Positions 60,960 to 64,000 of a stretch of DNA of 64,000 bases are shown here, one piece after another (position 1 is the stretch's first letter; every line of letters begins with the position of its first letter). The notes beneath the pieces are model-generated. The model searched no databases, was not told where the DNA came from, and saw only the letters and a list, made by a program, of their open reading frames with translations. The translations under genes and the position numbers were made by a program. This stretch comes from a virus. The stretch spans positions 11,211 to 75,210 of IMG/VR virus record IMGVR_UViG_3300017917_001008; one strand, 5' to 3'.

Positions 60960-60996
60960 AATTGTGATTTTAAAAGTTTGAATGATTATTAATTCT

Positions 60997-61554
60997 TTAC
61001 CAACTAGATGAGTAGATAAAGTCTACATCATAATTGTCTTCTGGGATTTCTGCCAGAACAGGTTCCAGCTGATTGATTGTATCGTCAATATCATCCAGGT
61101 ACCACTGGTCATACCCGGTGCCGCCAAAGAAGAATCCTTCTGTAGTGGGCAGCAGCTCTTTACAGAGGTTGTTGTTCAAGATGACATGGCCCCTTTCCAT
61201 ATTAGGTATCCATACACCATCTTTAAATGTTCTTCCGTTTTCTATATCTGTTTCCATAGTGACAGCTTCTGCCTTGATTCTTTTACAGATGTCAAGCAGT
61301 TCTTGTAGCTGTTCTCTGGATACTCTTGCATCCCTGCAGTCATCTTCACCATCCTGGCAGTTGTCTACAAACCATTTGTGTATCTGGTTTGCTTTACGCC
61401 AGTAGGCTACATGTTCAGAGATGTAGTCAACCCGTGTTGGGTCAATAGCTATCTTACCATTTTTTGTCTCAACGTCTATATGGCACTTTACACCACGATG
61501 TGCATAGTGGGCACCTATGTATGTGCGTTTACTTAGGTATTGATCTAGTCCCAT
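60997..61554 (-). CDS. Conserved phage hypothetical protein
   Basis: MGLDQY, YWRKANQIH.WF, LPT..GFFFG, Y.SSW; ATG at 61554. Confidence 0.7.
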   Translation of the reverse strand: MGLDQYLSKRTYIGAHYAHRGVKCHIDVETKNGKIAIDPTRVDYISEHVAYWRKANQIHKWFVDNCQDGEDDCRDARVSREQLQELLDICKRIKAEAVTMETDIENGRTFKDGVWIPNMERGHVILNNNLCKELLPTTEGFFFGGTGYDQWYLDDIDDTINQLEPVLAEIPEDNYDVDFIYSSSW

Positions 61555-62276
61555 TACCAATTGATTTTAAAATCTGGTCCGTTATTTTGTTCTATAATCT
61601 GGTTAGCTTTATTGAACATGTCATTACAGTCCCATTCTACACCACTGTATCCAGCTGATGCCGGGTGGGATGCTTTGATGATGTAATGACTGGGTGAGAT
61701 GGAACTTTCCAGTTCCTGGGCTTTAGCTCCCAGTAGGCAAAAGATTAGTCCGGAGTTAGTAAGACTTAACATGTCTATTACATACATGATGAAGTCTTGC
61801 CAAATCCCGTAGTGAGAGCCCACCTTATCTACCTGGCAGGTTAACGCCCGGTTTAGTAATAAGACGCCTTGGTTAGCCCAGCGGGTAAGATCAGGACCGT
61901 GTTCTATCTGAAAGGGGGCATCTTTATACACGGTGCTATCCAGTGCAGTGAAGATGTGTTTCAGACTAGGCTGAGGTTTACCTGTGTTACCGCAGGAGAA
62001 TGCCAGACCGTCTGCCACACCAAAGTGAGGATAGGGATCCTGGCCTACAATGACCATTTTTAAGTTGTCTACAGGACATTCTTCAAAAGCCCGGAATACC
62101 TGCTTTAAAGGAGGTGTAAACCGTTTACCGTCCTGGCGTAGGTCATACAACGTGTGCAGGATTTTATCAAAGTCAGAGCTATATATAAAGCTCTTTAGCT
62201 TTACAGCCCAGCCAGATGGCTTGAGCCTGTTTATAAGTTTTAGTTTTATTTCCTCAAGGTCTACAGTTTGCGTCAT
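61554..62276 (-). CDS. ung: Uracil-DNA glycosylase family 1
   Basis: VFRAF, GQDPY, GLAFS, QGVLLLN..LT, SHPA. Confidence 0.9.
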   Translation of the reverse strand: MTQTVDLEEIKLKLINRLKPSGWAVKLKSFIYSSDFDKILHTLYDLRQDGKRFTPPLKQVFRAFEECPVDNLKMVIVGQDPYPHFGVADGLAFSCGNTGKPQPSLKHIFTALDSTVYKDAPFQIEHGPDLTRWANQGVLLLNRALTCQVDKVGSHYGIWQDFIMYVIDMLSLTNSGLIFCLLGAKAQELESSISPSHYIIKASHPASAGYSGVEWDCNDMFNKANQIIEQNNGPDFKINW

Positions 62277-62283
62277 AAAGTTC

Positions 62284-62305
62284 TATATTTGTATAAATTA
62301 TACAA
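62284..62305 (+). promoter_or_regulatory. TAnnTTTG promoter overlapped by an 8-bp inverted repeat
   Basis: TATATTTG at 62284-62291; ttgtataa-a-ttatacaa at 62289-62305. Confidence 0.6.
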
Positions 62306-62306
62306 T

Positions 62307-62597
62307 ATGTCCACTGTTAAAATGATTAAGAATGACGCCATAGTTCCTATAGAACTAGGTGCCGGTTTCATTCAAAAGCTCCAGGGTATTATGTTTTCTC
62401 TTGTAGAAGACAAAACCCAGGAAGAGATTGAACTTTTTAAGACCCTATCTGAAAAGGGTGAAGAGATGCCGGAGCCATGGATGGAACACGTCCAAACATT
62501 ATATGCTCTACTGGCAGCCGTTCAGGAGTCTGCAGAGAAAAATGGACTGGTGTTTGATAAGTCTGTTGATGACATATCTACGCCAGCAGAAAATTAA
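62307..62597 (+). CDS. Acidic hypothetical protein, lone plus-strand gene
   Basis: ATG 62307, 15 nt after the promoter element; fills the gap between minus-strand genes. Confidence 0.65.
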   Translation: MSTVKMIKNDAIVPIELGAGFIQKLQGIMFSLVEDKTQEEIELFKTLSEKGEEMPEPWMEHVQTLYALLAAVQESAEKNGLVFDKSVDDISTPAEN

Positions 62598-62973
62598 CTT
62601 CTTCTCCAATTTCTATAGCAGCTTGTATAGCCAGGGATAGTTCTTCTTTAGAACATTCACCAAAGCTTTTGGCCAGGAAATATTCTTTACCAGCTACTTC
62701 CCGGGCTATACACAAGCCAGCTCTGTCCTTTACAAGGATCTTCATGTTTTCTACGGTCTCACCAATATGACTAGCCAGCTGTCGTATCATTACGTGCAGT
62801 TTAGCCAGTTGTGGGAGTGTACCGTCATCATGTTGTATCTCATAAAAACATTCTACTATAGCTCCTTCAGGTATGTGGGATACAAATGCCTCTTGCTGTT
62901 TAGACTGGGCATTGCTAAAAGGTTTCAATACACCATTGTTCTTGATGTACTTACCTGTAAAGTGTTGTGTCAT
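62578..62973 (-). CDS. NinB/YbcN-like recombination protein
   Basis: Q.AKLH..IRQLA..IG.T....K...K and KS....SKEE.S..I pattern. Confidence 0.5.
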   Translation of the reverse strand: MTQHFTGKYIKNNGVLKPFSNAQSKQQEAFVSHIPEGAIVECFYEIQHDDGTLPQLAKLHVMIRQLASHIGETVENMKILVKDRAGLCIAREVAGKEYFLAKSFGECSKEELSLAIQAAIEIGEEVNFLLA

Positions 62974-64000
62974 GGGATTGGATATTAACATCGTGATACT
63001 TAATCTTAGCCTGATCTAGATCCTTCAGGGCTTCTGTTACCCAACGTTCATCTGCAGTGTCTCTATAACAGAGTATATGTACAATAGCAGTTTCTGTGGG
63101 GTTAAGTCTTAACAGTCTACCGATACGCTGGTTACTCTTACGCTCGTTGCCATATGCATGCATGATGATGCCGGCCCTGAGGTTTGGAATATTAACACCC
63201 TCGTTCAGCTGAGCTACACAAGAGAGCTCGTCTATCTCACCGTCCTTAAACTTCTGCAGGTTTTCATCTGCATCCGGATTCTCTGAGTGCACACTGTGTT
63301 TACAGATACGATCTGCCTGGGCCTGCGTATTACAGAATACAATACACTTGTCTTCAATCTCAGCTAAGAGCTGTTTAGTGTATGTTTCTTTGGTACGGAA
63401 GTCCATCATCACCCGCATTCTCATTACAGCAGCAATCTGTTCCTGCTTTTTACTCTGGGCCTCCATAAGGCGTTTGCTCCAGTAGTCATAAGATTTCTTC
63501 TCGGATGTATAGAATGTCTGGCCGTTCTTACTTTTTACAGGAAGAATGTTTCTATCAGACAAAGGCATCCGGTGCACTATGATTCTATAGTCATTCAGTA
63601 TGGCATCTTCTACAGCATCATCCGTTATGTATGTATACTGTATAGGGCAATACTTAAAAACCATTTCACCTTTCTCAGATTTTGCATACCTGGGAGGAGT
63701 GCCGGTTAGTCCCAATATTCTCCCTGTGTACGGTGCCAGGAAAATATCATGAGTGTATAATAAACTATGACACTCATCCAGTACAACTAAATCATAGCTG
63801 TGTGGATTATACTTATGTAAGGACAGATAGGTGGTAAAATCTATATTGTCCAGGCTGATGCCGAACTTTTCTGCATCTGAACGCCAGCTGTCAAAGATGG
63901 AAAGCTTAGGTGCTACAACGAGCACCCTTAGCTTTCTCATGTTTTTCTCTTGAAAGTGATCTACATATTTCAGTCCTATGAGAGTCTTTCCGACCCCCAT
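62951..64000 (-). CDS. Superfamily 2 helicase, 5' truncated
   Basis: GVGKT, DECH, GLTGT, EGVNIP, QRIGR.LR. Confidence 0.85.
   Translation of the reverse strand: MGVGKTLIGLKYVDHFQEKNMRKLRVLVVAPKLSIFDSWRSDAEKFGISLDNIDFTTYLSLHKYNPHSYDLVVLDECHSLLYTHDIFLAPYTGRILGLTGTPPRYAKSEKGEMVFKYCPIQYTYITDDAVEDAILNDYRIIVHRMPLSDRNILPVKSKNGQTFYTSEKKSYDYWSKRLMEAQSKKQEQIAAVMRMRVMMDFRTKETYTKQLLAEIEDKCIVFCNTQAQADRICKHSVHSENPDADENLQKFKDGEIDELSCVAQLNEGVNIPNLRAGIIMHAYGNERKSNQRIGRLLRLNPTETAIVHILCYRDTADERWVTEALKDLDQAKIKYHDVNIQSHDTTLYR

Noticed and set aside
1-64000. Stop-codon reassignment as in some crAss-like phages
   Set aside because: Giant ORFs are intact and coding density is high under the standard code
1-64000. 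tRNA genes, CRISPR array, DGR or retron
   Set aside because: No cloverleaf, spaced repeats or reverse transcriptase motifs seen; intergenic gaps are short

Overview
This 64 kb window looks like part of a large Bacteroidota-infecting, crAss-like (Crassvirales-related) podophage genome read in the standard genetic code. Plus strand 1-36.5 kb is the virion module: tail tubular protein (partial), muzzle/stabilisation protein, modular cargo proteins and three giant ejected proteins. The middle giant is the virion RNA polymerase (DFDID motif). Minus strand 36.5-54.2 kb holds small accessory genes, ThyX, an SplB-like radical SAM enzyme, dNMP kinase, PolB, a PD-(D/E)xK nuclease, HNH, primase, SSB, a Sak4-like ATPase, DnaB and a DnaA-CTD protein. 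Plus strand 54.4-56.7 kb is a lysis cassette. Minus strand 56.7-64 kb carries a VWA/MoxR pair, UNG, a NinB-like protein and an SF2 helicase. The main unexplained signals are: (1) the three giant cargo proteins (~7450 aa) contain only four cysteines, all at facing termini, suggesting a head-to-tail disulfide chain; (2) a 62-aa gene with its own host-type TAnnTTTG promoter is overprinted on the linker just after a GHKL-ATPase/zincin module in the third giant, resembling an effector-antidote pair; (3) a cargo protein is built of small modules separated by ~13 hydrophobic-x-x-GG motifs; (4) TCTACA/TGTAGA operator-like palindromes cluster next to the DnaA-CTD gene. All calls come from manual reading and motif recognition; no database searches were run.
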